Virus record (IMG/VR): IMGVR_UViG_3300044233_001339
Location: 1 to 33,029 of that record
Source of the DNA: a virus
Taxonomy: Duplodnaviria > Caudoviricetes
Reading direction: 5' to 3' (one strand)
Length of the DNA: 33,029 nucleotides
Under the pieces are notes generated by a model, which saw only the letters and a list, made by a program, of their open reading frames with translations, made no database searches and had not been told where the DNA came from. A program made the position numbers and the translations under genes. Within the stretch, counting starts at the first letter, position 1; every line of letters starts with the position of its first letter. This document shows positions 25,169 to 33,029 of the stretch, piece by piece.

Positions 25169-26512
25169 TTAATCTATAATTTCATATAGCTTTTGATTTG
25201 GAAATTGAAGATAATCTTTCCCTTCAATAGTAACTATGTATTTTTCATAACTAGGATCTCTGTAGTTAATGTCTGGAAGTTCACCTAACAAAGCTTTTTT
25301 GAAGTTTTCATAATGTTTTCTAACTTCTTTTAGTTTTCTTAAAAATGGTTCTTTTTGTAAATTACCATCTAAAGCAGAAATAGAATTTTTAAGTAACTCT
25401 AATTCAATATTAGAAACTTGTCCTAAAGCTCCGCCTGTTTTAGACTTTCTTCTCATCTCAGATAATCTATCAAAGGCTAAGTTAGCTTTTATTGTTGAAA
25501 TATATCCATTTAACTCTCTGTAAGGACTTTCCCCTGTTATAATGCTTCCTGAGAATATATCACCTACTGTACTATCAGATAGTAAACCAAAATCAACACC
25601 TGTTGCTCCTTCCTCAGCTAATGTTTCTGCCTTACTTATTGTTCCTAGAAGACCGTCTAATCTTGATAATTCAGAGTGTACGAACTCTTGATTAGCTATT
25701 TCTGACTCAGCTTCATCTTTTGTACCAAAAGTTCCTACAACCCTTGGGACTTTAGCAGATTTATTTACTAAGGAAAAAGTGCCATCGTTATTATTTACTA
25801 CTTCTATAGTAGCCGGTTTAACTTGACCAAGAACTCCTACTCTTTCATTTGTTCCTTTTTTAAATATAACTTTGTTAGTTACTCCTGTTTCACTATCAAC
25901 TATATCAAAAGTTTCAGTATTATCTGGTATTTCACTTACACCTATTTTAGTAAGTATTTCACCTGATGTCTTACCTACTAATACAGTTTCCATTGCGCCA
26001 GTTTTTTGGTTAAAAACATTTTTAAATTCTGTCTCCTTTAAGAACTTATCTATATCTTCTGCCCCTTGAATTAATCCTGAATCGACTAATTTAAACATAG
26101 AACTTTTAATGTTATCATTATACACTCTAGAATCTTCTGCAATTATTGATTTTAAAGCTTCACCTCTAACTCTTGCTTGTTTTAGGGCGGCTTCTGCATC
26201 TGCTTTTCTTTTAAGAATAGCGTTTCTTCTAGCGATTGTTGCACTTGCTCCGCCTAAATTACCTACTGTTTGTTGAAGTTTAGCAAGTTCTGTCAAATCA
26301 TCTGGATTATCCTGATCTAAATCAGGCAACATATTTTCAAGCTTTTCATAAGGATCAAGCTCTATTTTATCTTTATTGCCTGTTGCTCTTAAAAATAATC
26401 GAGCAAGGCCCCTTCCGCCTCTTTGAGCTTCATTTTTAGGTCTTACTAAAGGGTTAATCCTTCCTTGAGGAGTTCCTGTTAATAAACCTACAATATTATC
26501 TTGAGTAGCCAT
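25169..26512 (-). CDS. Internal virion protein, putative
   Basis: 447 aa; SKTGGALGQVSNIEL motif typical of podovirus ejection proteins; position. Confidence 0.6.
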   Translation of the reverse strand: MATQDNIVGLLTGTPQGRINPLVRPKNEAQRGGRGLARLFLRATGNKDKIELDPYEKLENMLPDLDQDNPDDLTELAKLQQTVGNLGGASATIARRNAILKRKADAEAALKQARVRGEALKSIIAEDSRVYNDNIKSSMFKLVDSGLIQGAEDIDKFLKETEFKNVFNQKTGAMETVLVGKTSGEILTKIGVSEIPDNTETFDIVDSETGVTNKVIFKKGTNERVGVLGQVKPATIEVVNNNDGTFSLVNKSAKVPRVVGTFGTKDEAESEIANQEFVHSELSRLDGLLGTISKAETLAEEGATGVDFGLLSDSTVGDIFSGSIITGESPYRELNGYISTIKANLAFDRLSEMRRKSKTGGALGQVSNIELELLKNSISALDGNLQKEPFLRKLKEVRKHYENFKKALLGELPDINYRDPSYEKYIVTIEGKDYLQFPNQKLYEIID

Positions 26513-26542
26513 CTTACTGTGTTCCTTTTATTATCCTATTAA

Positions 26543-27346
26543 TTAGAAAAACCTTCCTGCTAAACTGCTTACTAAACTACTTAAGAAACTCTTTCGTTTG
26601 TTGTCCTTCTTTTTCATTAAATCAAGGAATTTTTCTTGCTGTGCTCCGTAACCAAAGTTTTCATTAAATAAACCTTCTTCGATTAAGTTTCCAAATAAGC
26701 TTCCGGCTTGTTCCCTTCCACTTTGAGATAGACCTGCAAACGGGGCTGAAGCTCCTAAAAGCTCAAGTTGTTTATCTTGAGGAATGTAAGCACCTCCTAA
26801 CAAACCTAAACCTAAACTTAAGTTTCTTGCATCTTCATCACCAACTCCTTGAATTGCGGCAAGGGCGGCTGACTCTCTTCTTCGATTTACTCGGTCATTA
26901 AAATCTAGTTGATCTGTATTTATTGATTTACCTAACCTACCTTCAGCAAGTAACCTTTGCTCTAGATCTGCTCTACCTAAAGCTTCTTCTTCTAATTGAA
27001 GCCCTCTTATTCTATCAAATAAATTTTGCTCTCGTTCAGCTCTGTCGCCTCCTAAGTTTGAAAGAAAATCTTGTGCTAAAGCAAAGTTTTCACTTGCTAA
27101 ATTAGCTTGATCTTCACCTAACATCATAGATAAACCACCAAGGTCATCTACAGTAGTGCCTCCTCCAAAACTATCATAAACATTAAAGCCTTTAAATCTA
27201 GACATATCTCCGGCGTCTAAACCGGCTTGTCTAGCCATATCGAACATTCTATCTCGATTACGCTCTCGCCTGTCTATTTGTCTGTTTAAATTCCGATAAC
27301 CTCTAAAGGCATCAAAAAAACTCATAAAATCATCATGTCCTGACAT
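26543..27346 (-). CDS. Internal virion protein, putative
   Basis: 267 aa, Gly/Gln/Leu-rich; first of three genes after the tail genes. Confidence 0.55.
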   Translation of the reverse strand: MSGHDDFMSFFDAFRGYRNLNRQIDRRERNRDRMFDMARQAGLDAGDMSRFKGFNVYDSFGGGTTVDDLGGLSMMLGEDQANLASENFALAQDFLSNLGGDRAEREQNLFDRIRGLQLEEEALGRADLEQRLLAEGRLGKSINTDQLDFNDRVNRRRESAALAAIQGVGDEDARNLSLGLGLLGGAYIPQDKQLELLGASAPFAGLSQSGREQAGSLFGNLIEEGLFNENFGYGAQQEKFLDLMKKKDNKRKSFLSSLVSSLAGRFF

Positions 27347-27570
27347 TAGTAGCTACCTCCACTTATTGTCCCTGCTAATGCTCCTGAAAAAGCCGGAATA
27401 CCTACAGTTCCTGTAAAAGTAGGACTGTTGATATTTGCTTTACTATTTACTGCTGTTTCAATAGCATTAAATTCATTATGTATTTCTGTTCCTCTGACTA
27501 TTTTTAACGTGCTACCAGAAGGTAATCCATCTTTTGTAGCATAGTCAGTTATTCTATTATAATCTGTCAT
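27346..27570 (-). CDS. Short tail-fibre anchor-like protein
   Basis: 74 aa; GTEIHNEFNAIETA and SPTFTG fibre motifs; ends ISGGSY. Confidence 0.6.
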   Translation of the reverse strand: MTDYNRITDYATKDGLPSGSTLKIVRGTEIHNEFNAIETAVNSKANINSPTFTGTVGIPAFSGALAGTISGGSY

Positions 27571-29315
27571 TAGATGACTCTCCCAAATAGTACGTTAATA
27601 TCAATTCTCTGTATAGAAAACTCTGCTCCGTTTATTGTTGATTCTAAACCTACGGTAACTACAGTTCCGTGGCCTGTTCCATGAACACTAGGAGTTTGTA
27701 TCTCTGTTCCTCCTGAGTATTCAACTGATAAGGCAGTTGTAGCTTGAGTGCCTTGACTTGGATCAGCCGGGTCTATTAATTCTAGTGAAAAGTCTGGTGT
27801 AGCTTCTGTAGGAGCGTCAGCACTAGAAATACCGTATTCACTTATCCCAAAAAATGCTGTTTTAGCGTTTATTGTAGTGGGTATAAATGTTTGTTTAGAA
27901 TATGCATCTGAATAATCATAACCCCAATTTAATGTAGATTCCGCTGAGGAATCACCTATGATTATCATTTTAAACTTTTTTAAAAACTTTAGGTTAGTTG
28001 AATTACCAAAATCTAACGGGTTACTAAAATAAGATAATAAATATGTTTGAGATACGTAAGTTAAAGCTGAGTTTACTTCTTTACATACTTTATCTGAGAA
28101 ACCTTTGTATTGATAAATTCCTCCTTGTCTTCCCATTACTAAACTACCATCATGTCTTATAGTATAACATAAAGCAATCGGGTCTGACCAAGTAGTTACT
28201 CTAAGTGATCCGTCAGGTAACGCACCTCTCGCATCGAAACAAAATGTAGTAGTATTCTTAGGTAGAGTTAACAAATAAAAAGCTTCATCTGGACTATAAA
28301 CAGATGTAATAGTACTTAAGTCTTCATTAGATACTTTTTCATCATTTACTAGTCTTAATAAATCACTCCTTATATTTTTACTTATGTCTCTCATAGGTAA
28401 AGACTTTTCTTGTATTAGTCTTCCTAAACTTCTAACTCCTGAATCAGATAAAAATACAATATCTGTACCTGTATGCTGAACAGAGTCTCTAGCTATACAA
28501 CCTACTCCATCTATTATATCGTGAAGTTTAAATGTATCAGCATTAGGATTACCATCTGCTCCAGTATATATTATTATAGAGTTCTTACAAAATATAATTA
28601 AAAAACCATTATGTTCCTGTAAGGCAACAATCTCATCATGTCCTGATGGAAAAACTTCTCTTAAATTTAAATTACCTACTGTTGGACTACTTCCTGAATT
28701 AAAAGTCCACTGATGTCCCACTAAGAAATTAGACCAATAAACTGTTTGTTTATCATTGTTTATATCAGCTACCCATATTCTACCAAAAGCTCCAAGTGCT
28801 TCATTAGCTTGATAAGGAGAAGTTGTATTACCGGGAAGATTTGGAGCCTGATAATTGGTAATCTGAGACATAGGTTTTAAACCTTGAGTCCCTACATCTG
28901 TGTAAACTAAAGGCTCATGGCCTCTTTGAAAAAAGTACACATGATTATTAAAGTTTACTACTTTCCATTTATTAGCAGTAATTGTGTATCCTGATGGAGT
29001 AATATCAGTAAGAGTGGTAGTGCCTTTATAAATCTTATTGTTACCGGCTGAGAATACTATTTTAGTTCCGCTGTCATCTAAACTTTCAAAAACTGTTTCC
29101 ACTTTAATACTAGCATGAGTAGAGTTTTCTTGGTTTATACTTACAGAGCCTTTTCTAGCTCCTATTCTACCTAATTTATCTATAACACAATTATTGGCAA
29201 TACTAGAAAAGTTAGGATCAAGACCTATCGGGGAGTCTTCACTATTTAAACCTAAAAACCCCGGAGCTTGTATTGTAATTTGTTTTATCGATTGAGCCAT
29301 TATACGGGTTTCCAA
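27570..29315 (-). CDS. Tail tubular / DNA stabilization protein (T7 gp12 / P22 gp10-like)
   Basis: 581 aa, beta-rich; GCIARDSVQ..G.DIVFLS..GVRSL; the true start may be ATG 29300. Confidence 0.75.
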   Translation of the reverse strand: METRIMAQSIKQITIQAPGFLGLNSEDSPIGLDPNFSSIANNCVIDKLGRIGARKGSVSINQENSTHASIKVETVFESLDDSGTKIVFSAGNNKIYKGTTTLTDITPSGYTITANKWKVVNFNNHVYFFQRGHEPLVYTDVGTQGLKPMSQITNYQAPNLPGNTTSPYQANEALGAFGRIWVADINNDKQTVYWSNFLVGHQWTFNSGSSPTVGNLNLREVFPSGHDEIVALQEHNGFLIIFCKNSIIIYTGADGNPNADTFKLHDIIDGVGCIARDSVQHTGTDIVFLSDSGVRSLGRLIQEKSLPMRDISKNIRSDLLRLVNDEKVSNEDLSTITSVYSPDEAFYLLTLPKNTTTFCFDARGALPDGSLRVTTWSDPIALCYTIRHDGSLVMGRQGGIYQYKGFSDKVCKEVNSALTYVSQTYLLSYFSNPLDFGNSTNLKFLKKFKMIIIGDSSAESTLNWGYDYSDAYSKQTFIPTTINAKTAFFGISEYGISSADAPTEATPDFSLELIDPADPSQGTQATTALSVEYSGGTEIQTPSVHGTGHGTVVTVGLESTINGAEFSIQRIDINVLFGRVI

Positions 29316-29947
29316 ATAGTTTCTTCTTCCGTTCTTCCTACGTCTAATGCAATTCTATCCGCTAATGTTTGATCTGCAATTCCAAAAAGTTCTGCGGCAG
29401 ATGTTCCTCCAGTTTCTCCACGTTCTCTAGCGGCTAAAGCATAAGCGTATTGTATTACTGCGTCTGAAGGTACAAATAAATTGTCACTATCTGATGACAT
29501 CCTAGCTTTTTTATCTACAGCGTTTACTCTTATAGTATAAGCTTTATCAGGAATAGGATAAACATCTATTAAAGCTTCTCCTGATTGACTGAAACCATTC
29601 CAAGAATAATACACTGGAGAACTATTAGGGACAGCACTGTTTAAATAAGCATTATTCATATATGTTGATGATACTGGTTTCATAAAATAATTAGAAGTAT
29701 CATTAATAACATCTAATGTTTTTAAGCCAACATCTGATCCTGACAATTGATAACTAAACGTATTTGCAACAGTAGTTATTGTAAATGTAGTTCTAAGTGA
29801 GTGCCAATCCCAAGAATCTTCAACAATTCTTTTTGCATCATTTACAAACTCACCAATTAATTTTGAATAATTATTATTTGATACTGATGGAACTTCGTTC
29901 TCTCTTAATCTTAATAATACACTATTTACAGTTTCTAAATATGTCAT
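29300..29947 (-). CDS. Head-tail adaptor (T7 gp11-like)
   Basis: 215 aa; MTYLETVNSVLLRLRE, WDW, YPIPD; upstream of the tail tube gene. Confidence 0.75.
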   Translation of the reverse strand: MTYLETVNSVLLRLRENEVPSVSNNNYSKLIGEFVNDAKRIVEDSWDWHSLRTTFTITTVANTFSYQLSGSDVGLKTLDVINDTSNYFMKPVSSTYMNNAYLNSAVPNSSPVYYSWNGFSQSGEALIDVYPIPDKAYTIRVNAVDKKARMSSDSDNLFVPSDAVIQYAYALAARERGETGGTSAAELFGIADQTLADRIALDVGRTEEETIWKPV

Positions 29948-30318
29948 GCTTTCCCCTTAATTCTTTCGACTCCTCTAATTCCAGACATGCCTAGCATACC
30001 AAGTAAAACGGGATAAAGCAAGTCGCTCTGTATCTCCGGTACAGGTAACCAAATGCCTAAAAATGGGCTTATAATTACATTGTACATCAAGCCAATCCAA
30101 CAGCAATGACCAATCATGGGCCGCCAAGTTCGCTGTAACATACTGCCTTGTGCTTCTATTTTAGCAAGCTCTATTTGTTGAAGCATTATTTCCTGATGTT
30201 GTTTTTCGGAAAGCGTAGCTATCTCGTGAGCTAACTTAGCTTTCTTATCTGCATCAGGAATAAACTTATCTAATAATCCTGTTACTGGCTCAACCAATGT
30301 ATTTAGCAAGAGTGACAT
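29944..30318 (-). CDS. Holin (3TM, GTA-holin-like)
   Basis: LLDKFIPD, WRPMIG, LLGMLGM.G.R..E..KG; hydrophobic segments. Confidence 0.75.
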   Translation of the reverse strand: MSLLLNTLVEPVTGLLDKFIPDADKKAKLAHEIATLSEKQHQEIMLQQIELAKIEAQGSMLQRTWRPMIGHCCWIGLMYNVIISPFLGIWLPVPEIQSDLLYPVLLGMLGMSGIRGVERIKGKA

Positions 30319-30924
30319 TTACGCGGTCCTTTTAAACATATAAACAACTAAATAAGGCTGTCTAAGATCAATAGATGTTGAAGTAACTGTTTGATTTGTA
30401 CTTTCATCTGCTTTTAAATTAGATTGAGTTTTAGTTGTGTTTCCGTCTGTATTAGTCTCTGATAAATGATTAAGTTCTTCACCAGAAACTCCTGAGTCAA
30501 ACTCTAAAGTAGTATCAATAACTGCTTTATCATCGCCTTCAAATCTAATATTAGTATTGTGTTTGTGTTTAGGTAAGTTATCTGCTGTTAATTCAAAAGT
30601 AGTATTACCGCCTTCTGTACCGGCAGTATATCCGCTCCCTGCTCCTACTAATACTCTTCCGGCACTAAATACTTCCCAAGTTCCTCCAAAAATTCCTGAA
30701 GGATTAGTAGCTTCAGTGCTAATATAAATAGAACCTACAGGATAAGCATGTAAAGCAGGAGATAACTCAACAACACTACCAGATACATTTTTAGTATATA
30801 TCTTTTGATCTGCTGTGTTTACTGCTATTTCAGAACCAAAAGTACTAGAGTTATTACCTACTGTTAAGTCTGATTCAGCAGGTTCTCCTGAAGTATTTTT
30901 TGATTTAATTAAAATTGTAGTCAT
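30319..30924 (-). CDS. Short fibre / baseplate-tip-like protein (T4 gp10 C-terminal-like) with Mtd-N-like head
   Basis: YPVGSIYIS, NP..IFGGTW, GRVLVG, LPKHKH, QPYLVVYMFKRTA. Confidence 0.7.
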   Translation of the reverse strand: MTTILIKSKNTSGEPAESDLTVGNNSSTFGSEIAVNTADQKIYTKNVSGSVVELSPALHAYPVGSIYISTEATNPSGIFGGTWEVFSAGRVLVGAGSGYTAGTEGGNTTFELTADNLPKHKHNTNIRFEGDDKAVIDTTLEFDSGVSGEELNHLSETNTDGNTTKTQSNLKADESTNQTVTSTSIDLRQPYLVVYMFKRTA

Positions 30925-30933
30925 TATAATTAC

Positions 30934-31185
30934 CTAATTATTGTTTTCGTTTTCTTCTGCTATTGGTTTTGGTTTTATTTTTAAACTATTTATTTCCACT
31001 TCATCTGGATTTACCCAAGCCGCTTTACAATATGCTTTTTCTACAGGATGATAGTAGCTGTCTTTTTGACTTAGCAGTTGTGCATACCACCGACAGTCCT
31101 GTAAGCTTCTCCAGTATGTAGTACGTTTTCCTTCCGGCTCCCCCTCTACAATAATTATAAGTGCAAATAAAAGTTTTAAATTCAC
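30934..31185 (-). CDS. Hypothetical protein
   Basis: 83 aa; hydrophobic N-terminus; two Cys; GTGA-type overlap with the upstream gene. Confidence 0.6.
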   Translation of the reverse strand: MNLKLLFALIIIVEGEPEGKRTTYWRSLQDCRWYAQLLSQKDSYYHPVEKAYCKAAWVNPDEVEINSLKIKPKPIAEENENNN

Positions 31186-31493
31186 CTTTTAGATTCTAGC
31201 ATTATCTCAATAAGTTTACCTAACTTTTCATCTGTGCTTTTAGATATTTCAGCTTGCTCTGCTAACCCATCAGCAATCGTTTTAATTGCTTGTGCGTTCA
31301 AAGCGATCTGCTTACCATGCTCAGATGAACTAGCTTGGACCTTTTCAACTATCTTTTCAACCCTTTCAACCTCTTTAGCAGTCGCCTGTGCATTAGCTTG
31401 AGCCGCTCCGTAAGAAACTGCGCCAACAAACACCGAAACTACCAAAGGCAAGGCCCACAAGGGCAGTTGTACACTAGGATTAGACATTACCAA
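31182..31493 (-). CDS. Membrane-anchored coiled-coil protein (possible lysis accessory)
   Basis: N-terminal TM helix plus heptad coiled coil. Confidence 0.6.
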   Translation of the reverse strand: MVMSNPSVQLPLWALPLVVSVFVGAVSYGAAQANAQATAKEVERVEKIVEKVQASSSEHGKQIALNAQAIKTIADGLAEQAEISKSTDEKLGKLIEIMLESKR

Positions 31494-31822
31494 GGCACTC
31501 CCATAGTAACTTTAGGTGCTTTAGACTCAGCTATTTGAGCCGCTATGCTTGCCTCGATATCATCAGCAGATATAGACTCAGATGCTTTCACCCATCCTAT
31601 GACTATTTCTTCAGTTAGATCAGCGTATTTAACATAATCTTCTTTTGTTGAATCAGGTGTCCAACTACAAGTGCCGTATGATGATCCGTAGTGAGTAACC
31701 GCTGAATCGCCAGTGCCTACTACTTCGGAATCTTCACAACGCCAATGCGCTACGATTACACCATCTTTATTCGGAGCCTTACTATTACGCTCAAGCTCCA
31801 CTATTTTCCACGTTGCCGCCAT
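31487..31822 (-). CDS. Tail-fibre-associated protein
   Basis: 111 aa directly after the fibre gene; AHWRC, YADLTE..VIGWV, GVPW end; AAGGAG RBS. Confidence 0.65.
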   Translation of the reverse strand: MAATWKIVELERNSKAPNKDGVIVAHWRCEDSEVVGTGDSAVTHYGSSYGTCSWTPDSTKEDYVKYADLTEEIVIGWVKASESISADDIEASIAAQIAESKAPKVTMGVPW

Positions 31823-31837
31823 TTTACTTCTCCTTTT

Positions 31838-33029
31838 CTAAAGTGTTGAAATGATAAATGCGAGTAGTTCGTTGTAACGAACACCCATTTTAGTTTGCTC
31901 AGTGCCGTGTTCGTCTGTCCAAGTATTTGAACAAAACATCCCATAGCGATGTGCATCTAAACCTTCTGATTCAAAAGCTTGCTTTAAGTCTTGTGCAATA
32001 ATTCCAAAGTGAATTCTCGCGTCATCACCTTTGGTTTTTACTGCTGATTTCCATCTATACTTTTTAAGTAACGCTTTTGCTTTTACTGCCACTTTCTTTT
32101 CAGTTTCATCAAGATCAGAGATGTCCTGTTTTTCATTCTCATCTGATGTAGAAATTGTGCTATTTGTTGCAAAAACATCATCCCACCTTGCGTTGTATCG
32201 ACCTAAATCCATACGATCATCTGAATCTGCATCTGTATCTGGTCGATAAGGTATTACTGCTTCAAAACTGTTATCAAATCTTATTCCAACGTCATCAAAA
32301 CCCATTTTTGGTATGATTGCTCTTGCGCTGTAGATGTCATTGAAACGATTTGATGATCCACCTAAATCTAATACATTATCTGTGGGTGCGTTTGAACTAA
32401 TATCATGCGGTAAAAGTTGATTTGTAGAATCCACAAACGACAATGCACTGTTTCCTTGACCGATGTATAACTGCACACCTGCTCGTGAACCAATAACACC
32501 TACGGTTGTTGCGTCTTTTTTAAGAGAAATTAACGCTCCGTCCGAACTCATACGGTTGATAGAAACTGGTTCTGCATTGTCCCTCGAAACTTCAAATCTG
32601 CCGCCAAAAGTTCCTGTAGAAATTGCAACACCCGCAACATTATTTAGCGCGGGAAGATTGTTGGTAGTGCCGAAGAGGCAATCACCGTTTGATGTAATAC
32701 GCATCCGTTCATTTGTATTACCGACAGAATTTGTATGAAAAGCCATTTGTGTGCGAGAAGAAATTTGCAAATCATTTGTGTTTCCTGAATCCATAGTAAA
32801 TCTATGTTGTACAACATTAAATATATCTGTAAATGTAATACCTGTATCTGCGGGTACGTTATCAAATTGCAATCTTAAAAGATCGCTTGCACCCGCATCA
32901 TCTTTCCCACTTATCTCAACTTTTGCATTAGGCGATGTGATTCCACCAATACCAACTCTACCGTCTCCACGTACAACCATTAGAGCATTAGAACCACCGT
33001 ACGCACCAAAGGCAAAAGCAGAAGTACCA
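31838..33029 (-). CDS. Tail fibre C-terminal part with intramolecular chaperone (peptidase S74); 5' end outside the window
   Basis: Frame is open to the window end; GRVGIG and ERMRITSNG fibre repeats; TSDENEK cleavage-type motif, HFGIIAQ, GVRYNEL. Confidence 0.85.
   Translation of the reverse strand, partial: GTSAFAFGAYGGSNALMVVRGDGRVGIGGITSPNAKVEISGKDDAGASDLLRLQFDNVPADTGITFTDIFNVVQHRFTMDSGNTNDLQISSRTQMAFHTNSVGNTNERMRITSNGDCLFGTTNNLPALNNVAGVAISTGTFGGRFEVSRDNAEPVSINRMSSDGALISLKKDATTVGVIGSRAGVQLYIGQGNSALSFVDSTNQLLPHDISSNAPTDNVLDLGGSSNRFNDIYSARAIIPKMGFDDVGIRFDNSFEAVIPYRPDTDADSDDRMDLGRYNARWDDVFATNSTISTSDENEKQDISDLDETEKKVAVKAKALLKKYRWKSAVKTKGDDARIHFGIIAQDLKQAFESEGLDAHRYGMFCSNTWTDEHGTEQTKMGVRYNELLAFIISTL

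Noticed and set aside
1-33029. Alternative genetic code
   Set aside because: All core genes are intact under the standard code, and TAA, TAG and TGA all serve as stops

Overview
The window is an essentially complete or near-complete (~33 kb, AT-rich) lytic podovirus-type phage genome. It is opened inside its longest tail-fibre gene, which runs off both ends. There are two arms. The + strand arm (12.2-23.0 kb) carries small early genes and a T7-like replication module: SSB, primase-helicase, family A DNA polymerase, PD-(D/E)XK nuclease, endonuclease I-like protein, DUF3310 and class II (B12-dependent) ribonucleotide reductase. The - strand arm carries terminase small subunit, M15 peptidase, terminase large subunit, portal, a cluster of tiny basic or membrane proteins, scaffold, major capsid, several fibres, holin, tail and internal virion proteins. 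The arms diverge from a non-coding region at 11.74-12.23 kb (the likely genome terminus) and converge on a bidirectional terminator at ~23.02 kb. No phage RNA polymerase or integrase is visible, and the late genes have consensus sigma70 promoters. This layout resembles SIO1/cobavirus-like marine podoviruses, but taxonomy cannot be fixed without a search. Most notable: (1) an unannotated 16-aa YRG-motif peptide behind a compact hairpin-plus-pseudoknot leader at the end of the late arm; (2) three fibre proteins sharing an N-terminal head domain and three ending in GGx(F/Y), suggesting a plug-and-socket fibre chain; (3) strong codon-level avoidance of GCWGC, CCWGG and CCAGC; (4) a translationally coupled array of very small Lys/Arg-rich proteins, mostly missed by the ORF track.
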